This document shows positions 8,495 to 21,973 of a stretch of 32,000 nucleotides of DNA, one piece after another. The translations under genes were made by a program, and so were the position numbers. The notes below the pieces were generated by a model. The model saw only the letters and a list, made by a program, of their open reading frames with translations. It searched no databases and was not told the DNA's origin. The DNA lies in contig CALFEQ010000194.1 of the NCBI GenBank assembly GCA_937949945.1, positions 96,620 through 128,619 on the forward strand, given 5' to 3'. Position 1 is the first letter of the stretch, and each line of letters begins with the position of its first letter. This stretch comes from an uncultured Myxococcales bacterium (GTDB taxonomy: Bacteria; Myxococcota_A; Polyangia; Polyangiales; Polyangiaceae).

Positions 8495-8536
8495 GCGTTT
8501 CGTGACAACGACATCGCGTTTCGTGACGTCGACATT
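8495..8536 (+). promoter_or_regulatory. tandem 21-bp direct repeat, candidate regulator binding site upstream of the 8602 lipoprotein gene
   Basis: gcgtttcgtgacaacgacatc (8495-8515) is followed directly by gcgtttcgtgacgtcgacatt (8516-8536), with 18/21 identical. The 21-nt period equals two helical turns. The site lies about 65 nt upstream of the ATG at 8602. Confidence 0.45.
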
Positions 8537-8601
8537 TGCCACGTGCGAGAAGGGCTGAAATCGACCGTATCGCGCGAGGGGAGCGTGCTAATCCGTCACG
8601 T

Positions 8602-9123
8602 ATGCACCTGCGTGCTCGGCACCGGCAGGATCTCGCCGGAGCGCGCGGCCTGCGGCGGCGCGCGCTGCTCGCCGTCGTGCTCATGTTGGTGGTGACGGGT
8701 TGCAATCGGTCGAAGCGCTACGAGACCGAGGTGGAGGTCACGCGCGTCTCGGCGGTGCAGAAAGATCACGAGGGCAACACGCAGACGCTCGACGTGGAGA
8801 TGCGTTACGTGGAGTGCCCGGGCTCGCAAATCGAGATCGTCCGCGGTGACGCCGCGTTCGCGGCCTGCGCGGGCAGGTACAAGGTCGGCGACAAGCTTCG
8901 CGTGTCGATCGATCACGTGCTCTCGTCCGACGGCTACTACCGGTGGAGGATTCGCAAGCTCGGTGATTGCGTGCGGCCTGCCGATCCGGCCGACGAGACT
9001 GCCTACGCGATGATCCGCGAGTGCGACGACTCGGTCGTCAACGGGACGCGCGTGGGCTTCCAGTGCAAGCACGTCCCGGATCAGAAGGTCGTCGAGAAGT
9101 GCCCGTGGTTCCGCCGGCGCTGA
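8602..9123 (+). CDS. lipoprotein (hypothetical)
   Basis: The internal Met of ORF 8536..9123 gives MHLRARHRQDLAGARGLRRRALLAVVLMLVVTGC, with a basic n-region, a hydrophobic core and the lipobox VTGC. Codon bias is coding-like. There are six further Cys. Confidence 0.65.
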   Translation: MHLRARHRQDLAGARGLRRRALLAVVLMLVVTGCNRSKRYETEVEVTRVSAVQKDHEGNTQTLDVEMRYVECPGSQIEIVRGDAAFAACAGRYKVGDKLRVSIDHVLSSDGYYRWRIRKLGDCVRPADPADETAYAMIRECDDSVVNGTRVGFQCKHVPDQKVVEKCPWFRRR

Positions 9124-9195
9124 CGCTCGGCGCCGCGATTCGGGACGAACGCGTCACGGCGCGTCGCTCGGCGTCGTGGACTCGCGCTCGTCGCG

Positions 9196-9879
9196 TCACT
9201 TGGCGATCGTCGCAACGACCGCCGCGAGGGCGAGCATCACGCCGAGGACGATGGCGAGCAGCCGGATGGACGCGAGCGTCGACGGGCGCCTGGGCGGTGC
9301 GTACGACGCTCGCGGTTTGTCCGCGGAGGCGGCTGCGAGCGTGTCCGTCTCTTCGTCCTCCGTCGCGGCACCGTTCACCTGCGTCGAGGCCGCCGACGGC
9401 GCGCGATCGACGGCGGCCGCTCGATCGCGGCGATCGCGGCGCGCGCCGCTCTCCTGCGTCTTCGACGCGGAGCGGCTCTTCTTCGTCTTTTGCTTCTGGC
9501 GCATCGCCGCGGCGCGCGCCTTCTGGCGAGCGCGCTTGGCCTCGAGCTTCGCGCGCTTCTTCTCTTTGCGTTTCGCCGCGCGCTCCTCGCGCGCTTTGCG
9601 GGCGGCCGCGTAGGCCTCCGGGTCGAGGCGCTCGTCGGGCAGGGAAGGCTCGGGCTCTTCGTCGGTCTCGTCCTCGTCCTCGTCCTCGTCTTCGGGGAAC
9701 AGGTCGTCGAGCCAGCCAGCGTCGAGGGAGTCGACGTCCGGCTCGGAGGACGCCGGCTCGCGGGCCTCGCCGTTCGTGGACGCGGCAGCGGCCGGCTGCG
9801 GCGGCGGTGGCGTCATCCATCCGTCTTCCAGCTCCTCGAGCAGGTCACGGGAGCTGTCTTGGCGCTGCCGTTCGACCAT
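9196..9879 (-). CDS. highly charged tail-anchored membrane protein (hypothetical)
   Basis: The start was chosen at the internal Met (MVERQRQDSS) of ORF 9196..10158. The protein has an acidic block (EDEDEDEDETDEE), then a Lys/Arg/Ala coiled-coil-like block, then a single C-terminal TM helix (IRLLAIVLGVMLALAAVVATIAK). Confidence 0.55.
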   Translation of the reverse strand: MVERQRQDSSRDLLEELEDGWMTPPPPQPAAAASTNGEAREPASSEPDVDSLDAGWLDDLFPEDEDEDEDETDEEPEPSLPDERLDPEAYAAARKAREERAAKRKEKKRAKLEAKRARQKARAAAMRQKQKTKKSRSASKTQESGARRDRRDRAAAVDRAPSAASTQVNGAATEDEETDTLAAASADKPRASYAPPRRPSTLASIRLLAIVLGVMLALAAVVATIAK

Positions 9880-10027
9880 CCTTGAACCCCGTGAACACGA
9901 GACCCTAACCGCGATCGACTGCGATTTCCAAGGCCCATGCGGCGGCCGGACGCGGAGGAGCTCTTGCGTGCGTCGCGGGACGACGGCGCGCGGCGATCGA
10001 AGGGCACGCCGTTTCCGCAGCGGCGAC

Positions 10028-10071
10028 AAAAAAGCCACGAGGGCGATCCGGTCACCCGGTCGCCCTCGTGG
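10028..10071 (-). terminator. Rho-independent terminator (minus strand)
   Basis: The minus strand reads CCACGAGGGCGA-CCGG-GTGA-CCGG-A-TCGCCCTCGTGG-C-TTTTTT. This is a perfect 12-bp GC-rich stem with a 4-bp extension, followed by six U. Confidence 0.8.
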
Positions 10072-12400
10072 TCGTTCGCTTTCCGTGGGGGAGCATCTTC
10101 TGCCCCGTTGCGGATCTCTGTCCGCCCCATTGGACGTTGCGTCAGGGGGCCTTTCCACCCGCCTGCGCCATCGTCGCGTTCGTATCGGGTGCCGTCACCA
10201 CGACCCCGGCCATTCGCGTGGTCAGGGAAGGGGACGATCGACGAAGCTATTCGCTGTCGTCAGCTTCGGCCGAGCACGATGCGGCGCACCGCTGGACCGG
10301 CGCCTTTTCAGCGCCGAGGATGCGGACTCCCCGTGGACCTTCTCGGACCTTGAAGAGCCTTCACCGAACCGCGTCGACCTCTGACGTTCCCATCGTCACT
10401 CGCAGGCACACCCGAGTCGAAACCCGCTTCGCCCGATGTGCTGGCCGGGTCACGTCCTCGCGGACGTCACGCGGCGTTGACCTGCGAGCCGAGGACTCCC
10501 GTGCCGCCCTGCCGGTGAGAGCCTGACGGCCAAGAGCCCGGGAACGCCTTCCATCGTATCGAGACCTCGCGAGCCGAAACCCACGAGTCGTGCGAAGAAG
10601 AACTGGTTGGAACGTCTTCCCACGCGCACCGTTTCGCCTTCTACCCATCCGCGCCCCGCGTCAGACGGAGCTACGGACTTCCTCCCGGCTAGCGCCCTTC
10701 GACACCACGAGGTCTTGCGACCTCCCGGTGGGAAAGACGCGCGATGCGTCCGACCGATGTCTGCCACCCAATCGAATCGCGCGCACCCGCACCTCGCTCG
10801 TTCCCGGCTCGCTCTCGCCGCTTTCGCGGCGGGGACGCCCCACGGAGTCTAAGGCTCCGCACGGCATGACCGGGGGACCGGACGTTTCACGACGTCCGAG
10901 ACCGCTTCGGCGGATCGTCATCGAACACGAACCTCGTGGTTTCGGCCGCGTTACCTCTGCCACGAGCGTGGGCGTTGTCTTCCCACGGCGCCCGATGCGA
11001 TCGAGCCTCTGACACCCCTGTCGCGGACCCCCGTTCACCCTCCGCCTCTCCAGGCTTCCCCGGAGCTGCAACCTGGCCGTACGTCCGTTCGTCGTCCGGC
11101 TCGTACGGGTCGGAAGATGCGGAGGCCGCCGAGATCATCGTCCACGCCGCCCCGTGAAAGACGACGCTTCGTGATGATCCGGGATGCCTTCCACCGGTAG
11201 GAGACCCTTCGTAGGATCCGGTGGCCATTACAGCCCCGGTCCCGCGACCGCATCACCGCTCGAGGCGATGCTGCGACCGCTGGATGGCGATCTCTCGCCA
11301 CCCTGGGCCCCGTGCCGGTCCTCTCCCGTCTCAGCGGTGAGGCCGACCCACGATTCGTCCCTTCGCCCGGCGTGCTCGCCGACGGTCGCCCGCCGACGCT
11401 CGCGCCGTGCTAGGCCCCCGTTCACTCGACCCTGACCGCCCTTTTTGGGGCGCGTGTGCCGAGCTTATTCGAGGCCAGACGTCGCCTACCGACTTGCTGC
11501 AACGAAACAACGACGTGCGGGCACCAACCGGAGCTTCCGATCCTCGCAGGGACGGAGACCTCGATCTCCTTCCTTTTCTGACGTGCCACGCCCTCTCCCA
11601 TCGAGGGGAGCGGTGACACGCGGCGAGCCGCGCGACGCCCGTTCGACCGACCCCAGGGCTGGTTCCTTCGGAAGATCCGATTTGCCCAGCCGTGATACCG
11701 GACCGAACGCCTCACCACCGAGGCTTTCGCCGCGGTGTAGAGTGAGGATCGACGCGCACGGGTCGAAGGACCGAGCGAAGGACGCGTCCTCCGTGGCAGC
11801 ACGCGTGCTTGCCAGGAGTGCATGCGCTTAGGGCGCATGCCCGACGGCGTTCCCCTCCTCGGCGACCTCCGGACATCCGCTGTCATCGGCGCGGCGCCGG
11901 CGCGGAGGGGATATCCGCGTCGTGCGACGGACCGATCTAGGTCCTCGTTCCGACGGCGCCCCGCGAAGAACGCCGCCTTCCGGAAGACCGGGATGCCTTC
12001 CACCGCCACGGTCGCCGACGGATCGCGAAGGGAATCCCTCCGGCCTCGGCGCCGGCCCTCTCGCTCACGCCGCCCACACTTCGTCCCCAGGTCGGAGACG
12101 GTGCCTTCACGGGCATTGCAAGCTCACGGCGCGGTCACCCGCGTTCCCGTGATTTCGAGAGTGCAGACACCTTTTTCACCCGCTGGATTCCGCGCCTGGA
12201 GCTGACGACCCAAGCACGCCACCGGGCTCGGCCGGCTCGGCCGTCGACGAGGTCAGGTTGCCCCGCTCGCACCGATGCCGGCCGCAGTGCCTTGACGGCT
12301 TCTACGACCAGAAGCTCACGGCCCGATGTGCCGCGAACTTCATGAGCGCTTTATGCCCGAACGGCTCCGGCATCGCAACGGAAAAATTCGCGGCTCAATC
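10072..12400. other. ORF-poor, hairpin-dense, internally repetitive non-coding region (candidate structured RNA locus and/or origin-flanking DNA)
   Basis: The longest ORF is 195 aa, and all ORFs here are Arg-rich with no third-position GC bias. GC is locally lower (my hand count of 11461-11520 gives 35/60). Many perfect hairpins and exact internal repeats are present; see findings. Confidence 0.5.
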
Positions 12401-12406
12401 ACTTTT

Positions 12407-12427
12407 TTATCCACAGGATTATCCACA
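12407..12427 (+). promoter_or_regulatory. two perfect consensus DnaA boxes, direct orientation, 12 nt start-to-start
   Basis: TTATCCACA occurs at 12407-12415 and again at 12419-12427. Confidence 0.75.
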
Positions 12428-12507
12428 GCGCACTCCACTGTGTGGGTGCCTTGAATTTACGGTTGCCCGTGTTTTTCGACGCGAGAGCGCGCGGAAAACG
12501 CGAGGCG

Positions 12508-12516
12508 TCGTGCGCC
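12508..12516 (-). promoter_or_regulatory. DnaA box (8/9 match), inverted relative to the pair at 12407-12427
   Basis: The plus strand reads tgtggaaaa, which is TTTTCCACA on the minus strand. Confidence 0.55.
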
Positions 12517-12564
12517 CTGTGGAAAACTCATGCAATTGATTTGTAATCGTATTGGCTAGAAAGT

Positions 12565-12603
12565 GGATTTGATTTTGGTGTTTGATTTTCTCGATTGATC
12601 GAG
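12565..12603. repeat. AT-rich tandem 13-mer-like repeats (candidate DNA unwinding element)
   Basis: The sequence is ggatttgattttggtgtttgattttctcgattgatcgagg. tttgatttt occurs at 12568-12576 and 12581-12589 (period 13), followed by a degenerate third copy (attgatcga). Confidence 0.5.
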
Positions 12604-12773
12604 GCGAAGGCCGCGCGACGACGGCGTGCTTTGCTCGCGAGCTCCTCCGCCGCAGGTCATCGCGCCGCACGTGCGCCTTCGCGCGATCCGAGAGCGTCGT
12701 CCCGCACGTGGAACGGTCCTTCCCGACAGCCGTCCTTGTGGCTCCTCGCTCGAGGCCCGACATTCCGAAGACG

Positions 12774-13577
12774 ATGAGTGCCTCGATGCCGACCCTCTAC
12801 ATCCCGCACGGAGGCGGGCCGTGCTTCTTCATGGAGTGGACGATGGGGCCGCCCGACACCTGGGATCGCATGGCCGCGTGGCTCCGCAGCATCCCGGGCT
12901 CGCTCCCGCGCGCTCCGTCGGCGCTGCTCGTGGTGTCGGCGCACTGGGAGGCGGACGTCCCGACCGTCCTCGCCTCGGAGGCGCCGCCGCTGCTCTACGA
13001 CTACTACGGGTTCCCGCCACATACGTACGAGCTCGAGTGGCCGGCGCCGGGATCGCCCGCGCTCGCGAGTCGCGTGCGCGAGCTGCTCTCGCGTGCGGGC
13101 ATCGCCTCCGCGGCGGAGACCGAGCGAGGCTTCGACCACGGCGTGTTCATCCCGCTGAAGGTCGCCTTCCCGGAAGCTCGAATCCCGACGGTGCAGCTCT
13201 CGCTCCAGCGTGGGCTCGATCCGAAGACGCACCTCGCCATCGGAAGGGCGCTCGCGCCGCTACGCGACGAGGGCGTCCTCTTGATCGGCAGCGGGATGAG
13301 CTACCACGACATGCGCGGCCTCTGGTCCGGCACCGGCCGCGCGGTCTCGGAGGCATTCGAGCGATGGCTCACCGACGTCGTGTCGAAGGACGCGGCGGCG
13401 CGCGAGGCCGATCTCGTCGCGTGGGAGAAGGCGCCGGGCGGCCGCGCGAGCCATCCGCGCGAGGAGCACCTGCTACCGCTCATGGTCGTCGCCGGGGCCG
13501 CCGGAGCGGACCGCGGCGAGCGCGTCTTCTCGGACGAGGTGATGGGCGCACGCGTCGCGGCGATCCGCTTCGGCTGA
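12774..13577 (+). CDS. class III extradiol ring-cleavage dioxygenase, LigB/YgiD (4,5-DOPA dioxygenase)-like
   Basis: The start was chosen at the internal Met (MSASMPTLYIPHGGGP) of ORF 12582..13577. Family motifs are present: VVSAHWE, GFDHGVFIPL, GSGMSYHD and EEHLLPLMV. Confidence 0.8.
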   Translation: MSASMPTLYIPHGGGPCFFMEWTMGPPDTWDRMAAWLRSIPGSLPRAPSALLVVSAHWEADVPTVLASEAPPLLYDYYGFPPHTYELEWPAPGSPALASRVRELLSRAGIASAAETERGFDHGVFIPLKVAFPEARIPTVQLSLQRGLDPKTHLAIGRALAPLRDEGVLLIGSGMSYHDMRGLWSGTGRAVSEAFERWLTDVVSKDAAAREADLVAWEKAPGGRASHPREEHLLPLMVVAGAAGADRGERVFSDEVMGARVAAIRFG

Positions 13578-13583
13578 CATCGG

Positions 13584-13698
13584 TCTCCAGACTCCAGACT
13601 CCAGTCTGCGGTTCTCTCCAGCCTCTCGTCTTCGAGCGCGACTCGGTCATCAGATTTCGACTCGAAACAGAGACGAGACCCGCCGAGGACCGAGGACC
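13584..13698. repeat. intergenic heptamer repeats and imperfect palindrome between convergent genes
   Basis: (ACTCCAG)x3 lies at 13584-13604. An imperfect inverted repeat ctcgtcttcgag...ctcgaaacagagacgag follows. (GAGGACC)x2 lies at 13685-13698. Confidence 0.6.
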
Positions 13699-13702
13699 GA
13701 CC

Positions 13703-15472
13703 TCAGGGCTTCTTCGGCGCGGCGCCGCTCGGCGGCGCCGTCTTGTCCGCCGGCTTCGGTGCGGGCGTGGGCGCCGGCGCGGGCTTGGCGTGCTTCTCGA
13801 GCGTGTGCTGCTTCTTGAGCTCCGCGAGCCACTTTTCGAGCGCGCTGTCACGGCCGCGGGGGCGGACCATCGCTTCCATCGGCCACACCGCGATGGGGCG
13901 ATCGTTCAGCGTGAAGACGACGTCGTATTTCCCTTCGCGTGCGACGAGCGGGGTACCGCCCGTGCCCGAGCACTGCCACGTCTGCTCGGGGCGCATCTCC
14001 GGGCGCAGGCACCCGACGCCGCGGCCCACGATCTTGCCGTTCTCGTCGAGGACGAAGGCGGTGATCGCGACGTTCGTCCCGCTCCAGCCGCGCGAGCCTC
14101 GGGCGTACCAGGTGAAGTTCACGCGCCGCGGGTAGCGCCACTCGACCCACCCGGAGCGGATGCCGCTCAGCGCGAACGGATCCTCGCGGCCGTACGACGC
14201 GACGACGACGTCGACGCGCGGCTCGCCGTCCTCGGAGTCATCGACGTCGTCGTCGTCGATCGGTTGATCGTCGTCGTCGGGATCCTCGATCCAGACGGTG
14301 GTGCTTCCGATGCGCCTCGCGCCGATCTTCGCGACGACGTCGTAGCGACCGGAGACGACCGGGTCGAAGCGGAAGTCGGCGCGCGTGAACGTGACGCGTT
14401 CGCGCTCGGCGACCTTCACTTGCTTCTTCACCGTCGCGATGACGGCGTCGTCCGGGTCCTGGAGCTCGAAGGTGATGTCGTGCTTGCCCGGGCCGAGCCC
14501 GAACAGCATGGCGACGACGGGGACGCGGGCGATGTCGTCGGGGCCCGTCTCGATCACGCGCTCGTTGCCGCTGATCGCCGCGGTCGTGAGCATCTGCGGA
14601 TCCCGGTGGACCGAGAGGTTGCGCGTGATGAACAGCTCGGCGCGGCGCTCCGAGCCCTTCGTCTTGGCGTACTGCGCGAGCTTCGACTCGATCGCCGGCG
14701 GGCGCTTCGCGAGGACGTCTCGGATGTCGGCGACCGACGCCGCGCTCGAGATCGTCGCGACGGGCGTGAGCCCGCCCGTGAAGAGGATGGCGTGGTTGAC
14801 GCCCACCACGGCCGGCCTGCCCGCGCCGTCGAGCGTGACGACCGGGCCGCCCGAGAAGCCCGGGTACACCGGCGCGTCGAAGAGGACGAGCTTGGACCCG
14901 AGCAGCTCGACGATGCCGGACGTGATGCCCTCCGAGATGCCCCACGACAGCGCCCAGAGGCCCGAGCCGGTGTGCCCGAGGGCCCAGACGCGGCGACCCG
15001 GGGTGGGATCGGCATCGGCGAGCCGGAGCTCGGGCACGTCCTTCAGCGGCGCCTTCGGCTCGAGCAGCGCGACGTCCCGGACCTCGTCGATGTGGACGAG
15101 CTCGGCGTCGACGGTCTGGCCGTGGCGCGTCGTGAGCCGCAGCAGCTCGGGCGACTGGATCACGTGCGCGGCCGTGATCACGGTTCCGCCCTCGACGACG
15201 AAGCCGGTGCCGTGCGGTGTCGGATCCTTGCGCAGCGAGACGTCCACGACGGTCTTCGGCGCCCGCCTCTCGAGGCCGACTTGCCGCATCGCCTCCTCGG
15301 CCTCTTCTTCGCGCACCGCGCGGTCGTCGTTGAGGATGGCGACGACGGACGGCGAGACGAGGTCGAAGACCGACTGGGTGGAGTGGCCCGCCGGAGGCGA
15401 GCCTACGTTGGCGTTGGAGCCGGCGCAGCCGGCGAGCACGGCGACCGCGGCGGAGAGGACCAAGGCGCGCAT
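13703..15472 (-). CDS. secreted lipoprotein, trypsin-like serine protease (S1C/HtrA-like catalytic domain) with large C-terminal extension
   Basis: The start was chosen at the internal Met (MRALVLSAAVAVLAGC, lipobox) of ORF 13703..15616. The catalytic triad context is TAAHVI, DVALLE and GFSGGPV. An acidic linker (DPDDDDQPIDDDDVDDSEDGE) and two G[RK]YDVV-containing modules follow. The tail is Pro/Ala/Lys-rich. Confidence 0.8.
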   Translation of the reverse strand: MRALVLSAAVAVLAGCAGSNANVGSPPAGHSTQSVFDLVSPSVVAILNDDRAVREEEAEEAMRQVGLERRAPKTVVDVSLRKDPTPHGTGFVVEGGTVITAAHVIQSPELLRLTTRHGQTVDAELVHIDEVRDVALLEPKAPLKDVPELRLADADPTPGRRVWALGHTGSGLWALSWGISEGITSGIVELLGSKLVLFDAPVYPGFSGGPVVTLDGAGRPAVVGVNHAILFTGGLTPVATISSAASVADIRDVLAKRPPAIESKLAQYAKTKGSERRAELFITRNLSVHRDPQMLTTAAISGNERVIETGPDDIARVPVVAMLFGLGPGKHDITFELQDPDDAVIATVKKQVKVAERERVTFTRADFRFDPVVSGRYDVVAKIGARRIGSTTVWIEDPDDDDQPIDDDDVDDSEDGEPRVDVVVASYGREDPFALSGIRSGWVEWRYPRRVNFTWYARGSRGWSGTNVAITAFVLDENGKIVGRGVGCLRPEMRPEQTWQCSGTGGTPLVAREGKYDVVFTLNDRPIAVWPMEAMVRPRGRDSALEKWLAELKKQHTLEKHAKPAPAPTPAPKPADKTAPPSGAAPKKP

Positions 15473-15566
15473 GGCGCCGCAGCGTACATCAACGGGGCCG
15501 TCCGATGGCCTGGAGCGCGCGCGGCCGGGCCGCTCCGATGCGCACCCGGCCGCTACGGACGTACGT

Positions 15567-18488
<2,922 letters not shown>

Positions 18489-18718
18489 GGTTTACGCGGT
18501 GACCCTCCACATGGTAAGAGCGCGCCACCTCGCACCGGCGGTTTTCTCGCGAAAAACGACGTATGCGAGGCGAGGCGTGCTGAAGCGCCACCGCGCGTCA
18601 CCAACGTGGAAGCCCCACGTGACCGGCGTGCCGAGGCGGCCAACCCCTCGAGTCGCTGGGCTCGATAGGGAAGCTGGAAGTCCCCGAGAGCTCACTCAAC
18701 TCGGAGAGGACTCGGTCC

Positions 18719-21361
<2,643 letters not shown>

Positions 21362-21500
21362 TCGGACAGCGAGCCTCACGCTCGTGATCGAAGGCCGGCG
21401 CGCTCGAAAGAGCCGCCGGCCTTCGTGCGTTCGGGCGTCCGCGGGTCCCGCCGAAGGAGAAGAAGGGGAGCAGCTTCTGGTTCGCGCTACGATCGAGGCC

Positions 21501-21914
21501 ATGCGGAGCTGGGGCCTCGCGCTGCCCGTCCTCGTGAGCTGTCATCTCGCCGAGCCCGTCGATCCGCCGCGATGCCCGCCGGGCTTCCACGTGGAGCTCC
21601 AGATGTGCGTCGCCGACGAGACGGCCGAGAAGCGTGTCAGCATCGCGCCGCCGCCCGGGGGCACCTCCTGCGGAGGGGACCCCGCGACGGAGCGCGCCCC
21701 GGTGCTCGATCCCGAGACCCTGACCGTGAAGGCCGGCGAGCCGTTCCAGTTCGAGAGCTCCGACACGATCGAGCACGAGATCCGCGGGCTCGACGGGACG
21801 GTCTGGGTGAAGGTGCCGGCCGGCGGGCGCTCGGACATGGCGTCGATCGCCAAGCCGGGCTCGTGGCCCTACCGGGTGTCGGGCTGCCGGGGCGGCACCA
21901 TCCAGGTCGAGTGA
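21501..21914 (+). CDS. small secreted cupredoxin-like protein (hypothetical)
   Basis: The start was chosen at the internal Met (MRSWGLALPVLVSC) of ORF 21384..21914. The C-terminal ~90 aa (LTVKAGEPFQFESSDTIEHEIRG...GSWPYRVSGCRGGTIQVE) resembles a cupredoxin strand pattern. The canonical C-x-x-H-x-x-M copper ligands are incomplete. Confidence 0.45.
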   Translation: MRSWGLALPVLVSCHLAEPVDPPRCPPGFHVELQMCVADETAEKRVSIAPPPGGTSCGGDPATERAPVLDPETLTVKAGEPFQFESSDTIEHEIRGLDGTVWVKVPAGGRSDMASIAKPGSWPYRVSGCRGGTIQVE

Positions 21915-21930
21915 ACCCGCGCCCTCGGCG

Positions 21931-21960
21931 CGGAGTCCTCGGTCCTCGGTCCTCAGTCCT
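21931..21960. repeat. heptamer array (RGTCCTC)x4 downstream of the cupredoxin-like gene
   Basis: The sequence is agtcctc ggtcctc ggtcctc agtcctc. Complementary GAGGAC-type copies lie at 22058-22080 and 22088-22108, and also at 13685-13698. Confidence 0.65.
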
Positions 21961-21973
21961 CAGCGGGGCAGCG

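Larger units (their letters stand above)
12400..12605. other. oriC-like module: DnaA-box cluster plus AT-rich tandem 13-mers
   Basis: There are two perfect TTATCCACA boxes, one TTTTCCACA box on the opposite strand, and two weaker boxes (tgtgggtgc 12441-12449, agtggattt 12562-12570). The only markedly AT-rich stretch of the window follows directly. Confidence 0.55.

Noticed and set aside
10675-10685. The minus-strand GGAGGAAGTCCGTAGCTCC resembles the RNase P RNA P4 motif GAGGAAAGUCCGGGCUCC. In addition, GAAGCTGACGACAG..GCTTCGTCG at ~10240-10270 (minus strand) resembles the 5' end of E. coli M1 RNA.
   Set aside because: The near-invariant GAGGAAAGUCC is broken. The other universal blocks (GGUAAGAGCGCACC, ACAGAACCCGGCUUA) are absent, and the spacing of the two look-alike pieces is wrong for RNase P.
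10884-10898. parS-like half site GTTTCACG, which could have supported an origin-proximal location.
   Set aside because: The second half (ACGTCCG) does not match TGAAAC. The sequence is better explained as the 7-bp hairpin cggacgt/acgtccg.
10068-12205. ORFs of 60-195 aa inside the desert, for example 11422..12009 -, 10068..10526 +, 10590..11012 + and 11822..12205 +.
   Set aside because: They show no third-position GC bias and have Arg/Ser/Pro-rich junk-like translations. None has an SD-ATG context, and they overlap one another in several frames. They are treated as non-coding.
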